This document shows positions 51,653 to 63,712 of a DNA stretch of 64,000 nt, in pieces; within the stretch, counting starts at the first letter, position 1; the number at the start of each line of letters is the position of its first letter. A program made the position numbers and the translations under genes. The notes beneath the pieces were generated by a model. It was not told where the DNA came from, made no database searches, and saw only the letters and a program-made list of their open reading frames with translations. This DNA is from Oscillospiraceae bacterium (lineage in GTDB: Bacteria > Bacillota > Clostridia > Oscillospirales > Oscillospiraceae): positions 86,391 to 150,390 of the forward strand of contig JAFRER010000016.1 of assembly GCA_017434755.1 (NCBI GenBank), given 5' to 3'.

Positions 51653-53011
51653 ATGCAGAAAGTTTCACCCAGGACCCTGTCGGGTTTTATGGAGCTGCTG
51701 CCTCCTCAGCAGATCAAGATGGAGCGTATGCTGTCCATCCTGCGGGATACGTATGCCTCATACGGGTTCACCCCCCTCGACACGCCGGTCATTGAATCCG
51801 CGCAGGTGCTTCTCGCGAAAGGCGGAGGAGAGACGGAAAAGCAGATCTACCGCTTCACAAAAGGCGACAGTGATCTTGCCCTGCGCTTTGATCTGACGGT
51901 GCCGCTGGCAAAATATGTGGCGGCCAACTATGCCCAGCTGAGTTTTCCTTTCCGCCGTTATCAGATAGGGAAAGTTTACAGGGGGGAGAGGGCCCAGAGA
52001 GGCCGCTTCCGGGAATTCTATCAGGCTGATATAGACGTTATCGGCGACGGGAAGCTGGACATCACCAACGAGGCTGAGATCCCGGCGATCATCTATGACG
52101 CTTTCACAAAACTCGGACTCACGAGATTTGTGATCCGTGTGAACAACCGGAAGATCCTCAACGGATTCTATTCCATGAACGGCATGAGCGAGAAATCCGC
52201 CGAGATCATGCGCACGGTCGATAAGATAGACAAGATCGGCGCGGAAAACGTCCGGCAGCTTCTGATCGATGAAGTGAAGATGCTCCCGTGCAAGGCGGAG
52301 AATGTCCTCGATTTCATGGCCATATGCGGCACGAACGAAGAAGTCGCCGCGGCGCTTGAACGATACCGGGGCATGGACAAGCTGTTCGATACGGGCCTTG
52401 ACGAGCTTCTGGCCGTCACCCGATATCTCAGGGATTTCGGCGTGCCCGAGGAGAACTTCCGGATAGACCTGACGATAGCCAGAGGCCTTGACTACTACAC
52501 CGGCACCGTCTACGAGACCACCATGACGGACCACCCGGAGATCGGCTCCATCTGCTCCGGCGGAAGATATGACGATCTGGCGGGCTATTATACGGATAAG
52601 GTCCTTCCCGGCGTCGGCATTTCCATCGGTCTGACAAGGCTGTTCTATGTGCTCTCCGAACAGGGTATGATTTCCGGCTCGATGGTCACGTCTCCGTGCG
52701 ATGCGCTTGTGCTCCCGATGACAGAGGATCTTTCCTTTGCCATCTCTTCGGCCGCCGTGCTCAGGAGTGCGGGGATTCGGACGCAACTTTACACGGAGCA
52801 GAAAAAGTTCAAGGCAAAGATGAGCTATGCGGACAGGCTCGAGGTCCCCTTCACGGTGATCGTCGGAGAGGATGAGGTAAAAGAGGGCGTTCTGTCGGTA
52901 AAGAACATGAAAACGGGAGAGCAGATCAAGCTTTCTCCCGCCGAGGCTGCGGAACAGATCTCCGCCGCGGTCGCCGAGCTCGGAAAGAGCACGGTCATAG
53001 AGGAAAAATAA
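51653..53011 (+). CDS. hisS: Histidine--tRNA ligase
   Basis: Class II motifs (..FRRYQIGKVYRGERAQRGRFREFYQ.., ..GGRYD..) with a C-terminal anticodon-binding domain. Confidence 0.9.
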   Translation: MQKVSPRTLSGFMELLPPQQIKMERMLSILRDTYASYGFTPLDTPVIESAQVLLAKGGGETEKQIYRFTKGDSDLALRFDLTVPLAKYVAANYAQLSFPFRRYQIGKVYRGERAQRGRFREFYQADIDVIGDGKLDITNEAEIPAIIYDAFTKLGLTRFVIRVNNRKILNGFYSMNGMSEKSAEIMRTVDKIDKIGAENVRQLLIDEVKMLPCKAENVLDFMAICGTNEEVAAALERYRGMDKLFDTGLDELLAVTRYLRDFGVPEENFRIDLTIARGLDYYTGTVYETTMTDHPEIGSICSGGRYDDLAGYYTDKVLPGVGISIGLTRLFYVLSEQGMISGSMVTSPCDALVLPMTEDLSFAISSAAVLRSAGIRTQLYTEQKKFKAKMSYADRLEVPFTVIVGEDEVKEGVLSVKNMKTGEQIKLSPAEAAEQISAAVAELGKSTVIEEK

Positions 53012-53030
53012 GCGGAAAAGAGGCAGAGAC

Positions 53031-54803
53031 ATGTTTCAGTCACGTACACATACATGCGGCGAGCTTCGCCTGAACAACGCCGGAGAAAAGGTAAGGATAG
53101 TCGGCTGGCTCGAAAACGTCCGGGAAATCGGGAACAACTTCGCATTCGGAGTCGTCCGCGATTTTTACGGAAAGACACAGATCGTTATCGAGGATGAAAA
53201 ACTTTTCGCACAGATCAAGTCGATCAACAAGGAGAGCACCATCTCGGTGGAAGGCACTGTAAGGGAACGTGCCAGCAAGAACCCGAAGATCGACACGGGC
53301 GATATAGAGATCGTTCCGGAGAAGATTGAGGTGCTCGGCAGATGCCGCTACAACGAGCTGCCGTTCGAGATCAACAGGAGCCGCGAGGCGGATGAGACAC
53401 AGCGCCTGAAATACCGCTATCTCGATCTCCGGAATCCCGATGTGAAGAAAAACATCATCCTCCGATGCAATGTGATCGCCGCGATACGCAATTCCATGAT
53501 CGAACACGGCTTTCTGGAGATCACCACGCCGATCCTCACCGCATCCTCTCCCGAAGGGGCGAGGGACTATCTGGTCCCCGCAAGAAAGCACCCCGGAGAG
53601 TTCTATGCGCTGCCGCAGGCACCGCAGCAGTTCAAGCAGCTGCTCATGACCTCCGGTTTCGACCGGTATTTTCAGATCGCCCCCTGCTTCCGGGACGAGG
53701 ACGCGCGCGGAGACAGATCTCCCGGCGAATTCTACCAGCTCGATATGGAGATGGCCTTTGCGGGGCAGGACGATGTGTTTGCGATCCTTGAGGATGTGCT
53801 GCCTCCGATCTTTGCCAAATACGGAAAGTATGACATTGCGTCGAGCGCGCCCTTCCGGCGCATCGCCTATCTCGATGCGCTCGAGACCTACGGCACAGAC
53901 AAGCCCGATCTGAGGATTGACCTTGTAATCAAGGACATCAGCGCCCTTGTGAAAGGGACGGAGTTCGCGCCCTTCGCCGAGGGCAACACCGTCAAGGCGG
54001 TGGTGGTGAGCGACTGTGCGCTTACAAGGAAGAACATCGAGAAGATCTGCACGGACGTGGAGGTCCAGACCGGCTCCAAGCCCTACTGGTTCAAGGTGGA
54101 GGAAAACTGCGAATTTGCAGGCGGTGTCGCAAAGTTCCTGTCCGACAGGAAGGAAGAAATCGTCTCCGCCCTGGATCTCAGACCGGGATGTCTGGTCGGC
54201 GTGGCGGCTGGAAAGAAGGAAGCCGCGCAGAAGATCGCCGGCGTCATGCTGAAGATGCTCGGCGCCGCAGTGCCCGGCCATATGGATAAAGAGCGCTATG
54301 AATTCTGCTGGATTGTGGATTTCCCAATGTATGAGATCGGCGAGGAATCGGGTGAGCTGGAGTTCTGCCACAATCCCTTCTCCATGCCGGCAGGCGGGCT
54401 TGAGGTCCTTCTGAAAGCCGAGAGGGGAGAGATCGATCCGCTGACGATCACCGCCGACCAGTACGATCTGGTCTGCAACGGCGTGGAGCTGTCATCCGGA
54501 GCGGTGCGGAACCATGATCCCGAAATCATGATAAAGGCATTTGAGATGGTGCGCCTCGGCGAGGAGGATGTGAAGCGCAAATTCCCCGCGATGTACAACG
54601 CCTTCTGCTACGGCGCCCCGCCCCATGCGGGCATTGCGCCGGGAATAGACAGAATGGTCATGCTCCTCGCGGGCGAGGACAGCATCCGCGAGGTGATTCC
54701 GTTCCCAATGAACAAAAACGCGCAGGATATCATGATGGGCGCCCCTTCAAGGGTGGAACAGAAGCAGCTCGACGAACTGCACATAGCGCTTGTCGAAGAC
54801 TGA
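53031..54803 (+). CDS. aspS: Aspartate--tRNA ligase
   Basis: RTHTCGELR start with OB fold. Motifs FRDEDARGDRSPEFYQLD and GGVRNH.. Confidence 0.93.
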   Translation: MFQSRTHTCGELRLNNAGEKVRIVGWLENVREIGNNFAFGVVRDFYGKTQIVIEDEKLFAQIKSINKESTISVEGTVRERASKNPKIDTGDIEIVPEKIEVLGRCRYNELPFEINRSREADETQRLKYRYLDLRNPDVKKNIILRCNVIAAIRNSMIEHGFLEITTPILTASSPEGARDYLVPARKHPGEFYALPQAPQQFKQLLMTSGFDRYFQIAPCFRDEDARGDRSPGEFYQLDMEMAFAGQDDVFAILEDVLPPIFAKYGKYDIASSAPFRRIAYLDALETYGTDKPDLRIDLVIKDISALVKGTEFAPFAEGNTVKAVVVSDCALTRKNIEKICTDVEVQTGSKPYWFKVEENCEFAGGVAKFLSDRKEEIVSALDLRPGCLVGVAAGKKEAAQKIAGVMLKMLGAAVPGHMDKERYEFCWIVDFPMYEIGEESGELEFCHNPFSMPAGGLEVLLKAERGEIDPLTITADQYDLVCNGVELSSGAVRNHDPEIMIKAFEMVRLGEEDVKRKFPAMYNAFCYGAPPHAGIAPGIDRMVMLLAGEDSIREVIPFPMNKNAQDIMMGAPSRVEQKQLDELHIALVED

Positions 54804-54820
54804 GAGAAGATAAACAACGG

Positions 54821-54846
54821 GCCAGCCGCATTTACGGCTGGCTTTG
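54821..54846 (+). terminator. Rho-independent terminator
   Basis: Stem GCCAGCCG / CGGCTGGC with a 6-nt loop, followed by TTTGTGGTT. Confidence 0.65.
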
Positions 54847-54877
54847 TGGTTAACGGAGAGAAGGAGATGAAACCGGA

Positions 54878-56395
54878 ATGGTCGCAAGGATAAAAAGTTT
54901 TGGCGTCAGCGGTGTAGGCGGTTTTCCGGTGTCCGTGGAGGTGGATAGATCGAACGGCCTTCCCGGCTTCGATATTGTCGGTCTTCCCGACGCGGCTGTT
55001 AAGGAGTCAAGGGAGAGAGTCCGGTCCGCCATCAAAAACACGGGCTACAGGATCCCTGCCTCCAAGCTGACGGTCAATCTCGCTCCGGCGGACAGGAAAA
55101 AAGCGGGCACGGTATATGACCTTCCGATCCTCATCGGCGTGCTTTCCGCTCTGGGGGAAATAAAGGAACCGACAGAAGACTGCGCCTTCATCGGAGAGCT
55201 TTCCCTGTCGGGGGAGCTCAGGCCAGTATCCGGCGCGCTTCCGATGGCGATCGCCGCATCGAGGGAGGGCGTGAAACGCTTCTTCGTCCCGGCGGACAAT
55301 GCCGCAGAGGCGGCTTTTGCAGGGGATATCGATATAATCCCTTTGAAGGATGTATTCGAACTGATTGCCTGTCTCAAGGGAGAGAAGGAGATCCCGCCTG
55401 CCTCGGAACCCGCGCTGAGCGCCTGTGATGCGCAGATTCCGGATTTTTCGGATGTAAAAGGCCAGAGCAACGTAAAAAGAGCCTTTGAGATAGCCGCTGC
55501 CGGCGGCCATAACATACTCATCGTCGGGCCTCCGGGAGCGGGAAAATCCATGATGGCCAAAAGACTTCCCGGTATTCTTCCGGACATGACGCGGCAGGAG
55601 ATGATAGAGACCACGGAGATCTATTCCGTTGCAGGCCTGACCGGGAAGGAGGATCCCGTGGTGCGCAGCAGGCCGTTCCGGTCGCCGCATCATACCGTCT
55701 CGGCAGCGGGACTTGCCGGAGGAGGCACCTCTCCGCGTCCCGGTGAGATCAGTCTTGCCCATAACGGCGTTCTGTTCCTTGACGAACTGCCGGAATTCAG
55801 GAGCGATGTCCTTGAAGTCCTCCGGCAGCCTCTGGAGGACGGGGAGGTCACGGTCTCGAGAGTATCTGGCAGTGTTACCTATCCGAGCAGCTTTATGCTG
55901 GTCTGCGCAATGAATCCGTGCAAATGCGGCTGGTACGGGCATCCTTCGGGAAAATGCAAATGCTCGGAGCAGGATGTGAAGCGTTATCACAGCAGGATCT
56001 CGGGGCCGCTGCTCGACAGGATAGACATCATGGTGCTGGTCCCCGCCCTCGAATACGAGGAACTCAGGACACGTGTCCCTGCCGAGAGTTCCGCGGAGAT
56101 CAGGAAACGGGTCAATTCCGCAAGGATGCTTCAGCAGAGGAGATTCTCAGACTGCGGCATCTCATCCAACGCAAGAATGGACAGCAAAGGCCTCCGGATA
56201 TTCTGCAGTCTTTCCCCGGAATGCGAGGAGCTGATGAAGATGGCCTTTGACAACATGGACCTTTCCGCGAGAAGCTATGACAGGATACTGAGGGTGGCAC
56301 GCACCATAGCCGATCTGGACGGGGAAGAGGAGCTTCTTCCCGAGCACATCGCGGAAGCGATACAGTACAGGACCTACGACTTCAGGGAGCGCTGA
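54878..56395 (+). CDS. YifB/ComM-family Mg-chelatase-like AAA+ ATPase
   Basis: Lon-protease-like N-domain. Walker A GPPGAGKSM, plus LFLDELPEF and a C-terminal ChlI-like domain. Confidence 0.9.
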   Translation: MVARIKSFGVSGVGGFPVSVEVDRSNGLPGFDIVGLPDAAVKESRERVRSAIKNTGYRIPASKLTVNLAPADRKKAGTVYDLPILIGVLSALGEIKEPTEDCAFIGELSLSGELRPVSGALPMAIAASREGVKRFFVPADNAAEAAFAGDIDIIPLKDVFELIACLKGEKEIPPASEPALSACDAQIPDFSDVKGQSNVKRAFEIAAAGGHNILIVGPPGAGKSMMAKRLPGILPDMTRQEMIETTEIYSVAGLTGKEDPVVRSRPFRSPHHTVSAAGLAGGGTSPRPGEISLAHNGVLFLDELPEFRSDVLEVLRQPLEDGEVTVSRVSGSVTYPSSFMLVCAMNPCKCGWYGHPSGKCKCSEQDVKRYHSRISGPLLDRIDIMVLVPALEYEELRTRVPAESSAEIRKRVNSARMLQQRRFSDCGISSNARMDSKGLRIFCSLSPECEELMKMAFDNMDLSARSYDRILRVARTIADLDGEEELLPEHIAEAIQYRTYDFRER

Positions 56396-56397
56396 GC

Positions 56398-56952
56398 ATG
56401 GTGATACTGGTGGATATGGACGACGTGCTCGAGCAGCTTGTCGAGGCCATGGTACAATACAACAACCTGCACTACGGGACGGATGTGAGGCCCTGTGATA
56501 TAGTGGAGTGGAATCTCACCAAAGCATTTCCAACGCTGACCCGGGAACAGGTCTATTCTCCGGAATTTGACGAGGCCTTCTGGGCAACGGTGGAGCCCAT
56601 GCCGGGTGCGGACAGGGTGCTTCGCAGACTGACGGAGGAAGGCCACGAGATCTATGTGGTTACGGCGTCCTTATATGAGACGCTGAAACAGAAGATGAAC
56701 GATCTTCTTTTCCGATGGTATCCCTTCCTTGACTGGGACCACGTGATCGTGACGGCAAATAAGCAGATGATCCGCGGAGATGTTCTGATCGATGACGGAC
56801 CGCATAATCTTACGGGCGGGGACTACCGGAAGATCCTGTTTGACAGGCCGCACAACCGGGACTTTGACGAAAAAAGCGTCGGCGCGCTAAGAGCTTATGA
56901 CTGGGACGGCATATACAAACAGATCTGCCTGATGGCGGATAAACCGGAATGA
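56398..56952 (+). CDS. 5-prime(3-prime)-deoxyribonucleotidase (HAD superfamily, NT5C-like)
   Basis: DMDDVL (DxDxV nucleophile motif) and a later IDDGPHN. Confidence 0.8.
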   Translation: MVILVDMDDVLEQLVEAMVQYNNLHYGTDVRPCDIVEWNLTKAFPTLTREQVYSPEFDEAFWATVEPMPGADRVLRRLTEEGHEIYVVTASLYETLKQKMNDLLFRWYPFLDWDHVIVTANKQMIRGDVLIDDGPHNLTGGDYRKILFDRPHNRDFDEKSVGALRAYDWDGIYKQICLMADKPE

Positions 56953-56969
56953 AGAGAGAGGTGAGCTGA

Positions 56970-57290
56970 ATGGACAGAGAGCAACGGGATTCCAACTGGC
57001 AGGATGATATAAGGCAGCCCGAATACAGGATTTTTAACATCATACGCAACGTGTTCGCATTGCTTACGGCGATCTGTTTTATCTCTTCTTTTTTCATTCC
57101 TGAGCGCCGGCTGCTGGTACGTGGTATCGGTTATTGCTTCGGATTTGTGGCATATTTCGCCGAGGTTCTGGAACTTACCGAAGGGTTTAACCAGAAAAAA
57201 CATCTGGACGATCTGTTCATGGCGATCTGCTTCGGCGGACTATATATCTTTATGGCAGTATCCTATATTTTGGAACACTATGGCCAGTGA
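56970..57290 (+). CDS. Hypothetical small membrane protein (106 aa, about 3 TM helices)
   Basis: RBS GAGAGGTG with hydrophobic helices. I recognised no family. Confidence 0.55.
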   Translation: MDREQRDSNWQDDIRQPEYRIFNIIRNVFALLTAICFISSFFIPERRLLVRGIGYCFGFVAYFAEVLELTEGFNQKKHLDDLFMAICFGGLYIFMAVSYILEHYGQ

Positions 57291-57318
57291 AACAATAACA
57301 GTTACGGGACTTTTTGAA

Positions 57319-58503
57319 ATGAACGACATCATTCTCTGCAAGCTCGGAGAGATTGTTCTCAAAGGGCTCAACAGGAGGAGCTTCGAACAGAAGCTCCTGA
57401 ACAACATACGGAAAAGGCTTGCCCATCTCGGCAGCTACCGGGTTTACTGCATCCAGTCCACCATCTATGTGGAGGGGGAGAACGGGGCCGATATGGACGC
57501 GGCGTTCGAAGCGCTGAAAAAGATCTTCGGGATCATCAAGCTGGAACGCGCCGCCGCCTGCGAAAAGGACAAGGACGCGATCGTCGCCCTTGCAAAGGAA
57601 TACCTGAAAAAGGATATGCTCCGTGCGAAAAGCTTCAAGGTCGAATCCAAAAGGAGCGACAAGAGCTTTCCCATGACCAGCATTGAACTTAGTCAGTATG
57701 TGGGCGGGGAACTTGCAGAGGCCTTTCCGGACACGAAGGTGGACGTGCATGATCCGGAACTCACGGTGAATGTTGAGATCCGCGACCTTGCTGCATACGT
57801 GCACGGTCCCTCGGTGAACGGAGCCGGAGGGATGCCGGTCGGTTCCAACGGGATCGCGGTCACGCTGCTTTCTGGCGGGATCGACAGCCCCGTTTCCACC
57901 TATATGATCGCCCGCCGGGGCGTAAGGCCTATACCGGTCCATTTCTTTTCCTTCCCCTATACTTCGGAGCTTGCCAAGGAGAAAGTCCTGAAACTCGCCT
58001 CTTTGCTTACGGAGTACTGCGGAAACATGACGGTTGAGATAGTTCCCTTCACACATATCCAGGAGGAGATCAAATTCAACTGTCCGGAAGAGTTTTTCAC
58101 ATTGATCATGCGTCGTTTCATGATGAGAATCGCCGAAAGAATCGCAAAGGATAATGGAGCGAAGGCGATCGTCACGGGAGAGAACCTCGGTCAGGTGGCA
58201 AGCCAGACCATGGAAGCCATGACGTCCACACAGGCGGTCACAGATCTTCCGGTGCTTCAGCCCCTTATCGGTATGGATAAAGAAGATATCATCCGATCAG
58301 CCCGGAGAATAGGCACTTTTGAAACATCCATCCTCCCTTACGAGGACTGCTGCACCGTGTTCACCCCGAAGCATCCGCGCACAAAGCCGAAGGTCGGCGA
58401 GGTGGCTGCGGCTGAAGCTGTGCTTGATATTGAAGCACTCGTCAATGAGGCGGTAGCCGGGATCGAAAGGGTAAAGGTAAGCTTTGCAGAAGATGCGACA
58501 TGA
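57319..58503 (+). CDS. thiI: tRNA 4-thiouridine synthase ThiI
   Basis: GEIVLKG, THUMP region, PP-loop SGGIDSPV. The start is uncertain: ATG 57319 (MNDIIL) or ATG 57280. Confidence 0.88.
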   Translation: MNDIILCKLGEIVLKGLNRRSFEQKLLNNIRKRLAHLGSYRVYCIQSTIYVEGENGADMDAAFEALKKIFGIIKLERAAACEKDKDAIVALAKEYLKKDMLRAKSFKVESKRSDKSFPMTSIELSQYVGGELAEAFPDTKVDVHDPELTVNVEIRDLAAYVHGPSVNGAGGMPVGSNGIAVTLLSGGIDSPVSTYMIARRGVRPIPVHFFSFPYTSELAKEKVLKLASLLTEYCGNMTVEIVPFTHIQEEIKFNCPEEFFTLIMRRFMMRIAERIAKDNGAKAIVTGENLGQVASQTMEAMTSTQAVTDLPVLQPLIGMDKEDIIRSARRIGTFETSILPYEDCCTVFTPKHPRTKPKVGEVAAAEAVLDIEALVNEAVAGIERVKVSFAEDAT

Positions 58504-58530
58504 TTTGAATAATAAATACTCATAGAAAAA

Positions 58531-58566
58531 CAGTGGTCTGCCAGCCGGCAGACCGCTGTATTTTTA
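58531..58566 (+). terminator. Rho-independent terminator
   Basis: Stem CAGTGGTCTGCC / GGCAGACCGCTG (one G-T pair) followed by TATTTTT. Confidence 0.75.
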
Positions 58567-58647
58567 CTGTTTGTTCACGAAGTGGAAGCGAAAAGCATTT
58601 ATAGTATCGGGTGTAAGCAGTGAGATTTGTTGCGGAAGAGGTTGAAA

Positions 58648-60102
58648 ATGCCTATTTTCGACAGAAATAAGAATATCGGAAACAGTGTTCAGGAGAATCC
58701 TGCCCCGGCAGAGGCGGCGAAAGAGATCGGAGGAGAGAAGGATCCGCAGAAGGAGTCTTCTCAGCAGATATACTCGGATGCCCATTTTATCCCGCTGGAT
58801 GAAAGCACAGATCCTCCCAGGTATTATACGCCTTCGCCCAGAAGAGAATCCGGAAACACCGGCAGGGCTGTGAAAAGAAACGCCCAGACGGCCATCCTCT
58901 GCGCTGTTTTTGCAATACTCGGATGTGTGGCCGGTGCCGGTATCGTTTCGGGGCGGACAAATGCACAGATGAGTGTGCTTCAGGAAAAGGTCGATGCCCT
59001 TTCGGCAGATCTTGCCGAGGCTGAAAGCTCCGAGAGAGAGTTTCCAGACGTTTCGGGAACGCCGGAAGTGATATACGTCGATCCTGTGACATCGGAGATC
59101 TCCGTCAGACCGTCGGACATCTATGCCGCGGCATGCGAGCAGGTGGTGGGAGTCACAACGGATGTGACCTACACGAACTACTTCGGGCAGACGAGTTCGA
59201 CCGCCGTCTCAGGAACAGGCTTTATCTTTTCGGCCGACGGCTATATCATCACGAATTACCATGTGATAGAATATGCAGATAAGTATAATTACGCTGTGCG
59301 GGTCATCATGCATGACGGGTCTTCCCATGAGGCGAGCATAGCAGGCACCGATCAGAACAATGATATTGCGGTCTTGAAGATCAGCGCACGGGAGTTGACA
59401 CCGGCCCGTCTGGGAGACAGTGACCAACTCTCAGTAGGAGATGTCGCTTATGCGGTGGGAAATCCTCTCGGTGAACTCGATTTCACCATGACCAGCGGGA
59501 CCGTCAGTGCGCTCGACAGGATGATCCGGGCGGATTCCTCTTCACCTTCCATAAACATGTTCCAGATCGATGCGGCGGTAAATACCGGAAACTCCGGCGG
59601 GCCCGTATACAATTCTGCGGGTGAGGTGATCGGCGTCGTCACAGCCAAGTATTCTGAGAACGGTGTAGAGGGGATTGGCTTCGCCATCCCGATAAACGAT
59701 GCGCGAAAGATCGCGGAAGACCTTATAGAAAACGGATTTGTAACAGGAAAGCCTTATCTCGGAATCTACTATGACGAGAGCAATACTTCCATCTATAACC
59801 GGTATTACCGCAATCTATGGGGTTCTCCGAAGGGTGTGATGGTTCTGGGGATTGATAAGAACAGTCCCGCCGCCGAGGCCGGAATCAAAGAGTACGACAC
59901 CATAACTGCCATTGACGGCCGTTCCGTGGAGAACACGGCGGACCTCCTCAACCAGATGAACAGATATTCTCCGGGCAGCACAGCGGAAATAACCGTGTAC
60001 AGAGCGACCGGGAACGGGACGAAGGGGGACAGCATCTCCTTTACAGTGACTTTCGGAGAAGCAGGGGCAGGCACTTCTGTCAACGGAATGAGCGTTGCCT
60101 GA
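58648..60102 (+). CDS. htrA: HtrA/DegP-family serine protease with PDZ domain
   Basis: Triad context TNYHVI, NDIAVLK, GNSGGP. N-terminal TM helix and C-terminal PDZ domain. Start is ATG 58648 with RBS GAAGAGG. Confidence 0.88.
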   Translation: MPIFDRNKNIGNSVQENPAPAEAAKEIGGEKDPQKESSQQIYSDAHFIPLDESTDPPRYYTPSPRRESGNTGRAVKRNAQTAILCAVFAILGCVAGAGIVSGRTNAQMSVLQEKVDALSADLAEAESSEREFPDVSGTPEVIYVDPVTSEISVRPSDIYAAACEQVVGVTTDVTYTNYFGQTSSTAVSGTGFIFSADGYIITNYHVIEYADKYNYAVRVIMHDGSSHEASIAGTDQNNDIAVLKISARELTPARLGDSDQLSVGDVAYAVGNPLGELDFTMTSGTVSALDRMIRADSSSPSINMFQIDAAVNTGNSGGPVYNSAGEVIGVVTAKYSENGVEGIGFAIPINDARKIAEDLIENGFVTGKPYLGIYYDESNTSIYNRYYRNLWGSPKGVMVLGIDKNSPAAEAGIKEYDTITAIDGRSVENTADLLNQMNRYSPGSTAEITVYRATGNGTKGDSISFTVTFGEAGAGTSVNGMSVA

Positions 60103-60116
60103 TCCTCATATGACAA

Positions 60117-60158
60117 GCAAAAACAGCATGCATCATTTTGATGCATGCTGTTTTTGCT
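60117..60158. terminator. Bidirectional terminator between htrA (+) and tadA (-)
   Basis: 19-bp stem AGCAAAAACAGCATGCATC / GATGCATGCTGTTTTTGCT with a 4-nt loop. Confidence 0.85.
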
Positions 60159-60587
60159 TTATCTCAGTTTTTGGAAGAACTCCCGAAGCACAGAGGAACA
60201 ATCCTCTTTCAGAATATCCGGGAAAACGGCAGGGGAATGACCGTAACATTCACTGAACAGGTCAATCACGCTTCCGCACGAGCCTGAAACAGCATCTCTG
60301 GCCCCGTAGACCACGGTGGACAGGCGCGAATTGATGATCGCTCCGGCGCACATCGGACAGGGCTCCAAAGTCACGTAGATGGTGCATCCGTCCAGACGCC
60401 AGTCCTTTCTGCTTCTGCATGCCTCCCGGATCGCTTCTATCTCGGCGTGAGCGGTGGCGTCTGAACAGGACTCTCTCCGGTTGTGCCCGCGACCGATCAC
60501 GGTGCCGTTTTCGTCGGTGATTACACAGCCGACGGGTATCTCTCCCTCGTTCGCAGCCTCCTTCGCAAGAAGGAGAGCCTGCTCCAT
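60159..60587 (-). CDS. tadA: tRNA adenosine(34) deaminase
   Basis: HAEIEAI and PCPMCAGA motifs. I place the start at ATG 60587. The longer ORF to 60863 runs antisense into pta. Confidence 0.88.
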   Translation of the reverse strand: MEQALLLAKEAANEGEIPVGCVITDENGTVIGRGHNRRESCSDATAHAEIEAIREACRSRKDWRLDGCTIYVTLEPCPMCAGAIINSRLSTVVYGARDAVSGSCGSVIDLFSECYGHSPAVFPDILKEDCSSVLREFFQKLR

Positions 60588-60597
60588 TATTTCAGGC

Positions 60598-61596
60598 TTA
60601 TACAAGAGCTGCAGTGATGATGGACATCTGATAGACTTCCTCAGCGTCACATCCTCTGGAAAGGTCGTTGATCGGGGCGTTAAGTCCCTGCAGGATCGGG
60701 CCGAAAGCCGCAAATCCGCCGAGACGCTGCGCAATCTTGTATCCGATGTTTCCGGACTGGATCTCCGGGAAAATGAAGGTGTTCGCATAGCCTGCGACAG
60801 GGCTGCCGGGGAACTTGAGCTGTCCGACGACAGGGGAGACCGCCGCATCGAACTGCATCTCACCGTCTATGGCGAGTTCCGGATCCATTTCCTTTGCGAT
60901 CGCCGTGGCGTTGCGTACCAGGTCGACATTTGCACCCTTGCCGGAGCCTTTGGTGGAGTAGGAGAGCATGGCGACTTTCGGATCGAGTCCGAAGACCTTC
61001 GCGGTCTTTGCGGTCTCTATCGCCACCTCTGCAAGCTGAGCGGCCGCGGACAGAGTGACATTGCCTTCCTTGTCGACCTTGTCCTCGTAGGCGATGTTGA
61101 TCGCGCAGTCGCCCATCGCGATCATCTTATCCTGACGGACGAGAATGAAGCAGGAACTCACGAGGTTGGCGCCCTTTCTGGTCTTTACGAGCTGGAGAGC
61201 GGGCCGTACCGTATCGGCAGTGGAATAGGTCGCACCGCCGAGAAGCGCATCCGCAACGCCCATCTTGACAAGCATGGTGCCGAAATAGTTGCCCTTGAGA
61301 AGATTCGCGCGGCACTCCTCAGGCGTCATCTTGCCCTTGCGGAGTTCCACCATCTTGTCGACCATCTCATCCATTCCCTCATAGGTGGCGGGATCAAGGA
61401 TCGCAAGACCTTCGATGTCGAATCCGCCTTTTGCCGCCGCGGCTTTGACCGCTTCGACGTTGCCCACGAGAACGGGAGTGAGGAAGCCCTCTTTTTTGAG
61501 CCTTGCGGCAGACTCAAGGATCCTTGCGTCGGTACCTTCGGTGTAGACTATTTTGCGGGGGTTGGCTTTCAGTATCTCTACCAGATTTTCAAACAT
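60598..61596 (-). CDS. pta: Phosphate acetyltransferase
   Basis: MFENL....A......IV..EG.D.R.L.A is typical. 332 aa from ATG 61596. Confidence 0.88.
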   Translation of the reverse strand: MFENLVEILKANPRKIVYTEGTDARILESAARLKKEGFLTPVLVGNVEAVKAAAAKGGFDIEGLAILDPATYEGMDEMVDKMVELRKGKMTPEECRANLLKGNYFGTMLVKMGVADALLGGATYSTADTVRPALQLVKTRKGANLVSSCFILVRQDKMIAMGDCAINIAYEDKVDKEGNVTLSAAAQLAEVAIETAKTAKVFGLDPKVAMLSYSTKGSGKGANVDLVRNATAIAKEMDPELAIDGEMQFDAAVSPVVGQLKFPGSPVAGYANTFIFPEIQSGNIGYKIAQRLGGFAAFGPILQGLNAPINDLSRGCDAEEVYQMSIITAALV

Positions 61597-61745
61597 AGAA
61601 TCAATCCTCCAGTAATAATGGTTATACTCACAAATAATTACTCTATCACTGTTTAATTCCCTTTTCAAGTTTTTCGATGCATTTCTGTTTACAAACCCTC
61701 CGTCCGCCGATATAATGAAAAAGCTTAGGAAACGGAGATTGAATC

Positions 61746-63551
<1,806 letters not shown>

Positions 63552-63712
63552 GATTCGGATAACTATATAAAAACCACATTTGAAAAATATGCAAGATTGA
63601 CAAACTTGATGTCAGTCTTGCATGTTTCATATTGCGAATTGACAGTCTATATGATAGAATCCATTTGATATGGTATAAGTAGTATTATGCCTTTTTCAAA
63701 GGGGGGTTGTGT

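Noticed and set aside
54867-54893. Mini-ORF MKPEWSQG behind a strong AAGGAG RBS, overlapping the comM/yifB start in another frame
   Set aside because: It is only 8 codons. The RBS can equally serve the main ATG at 54878, 14 nt away. There is no evidence for a leader-peptide function.
63639-63660. TTGACA followed by TAGAAT as a promoter for the CooC-like gene
   Set aside because: The spacer between the hexamers is only 10 nt, which is incompatible with a SigA promoter. I could not define a properly spaced -35/-10 pair here.
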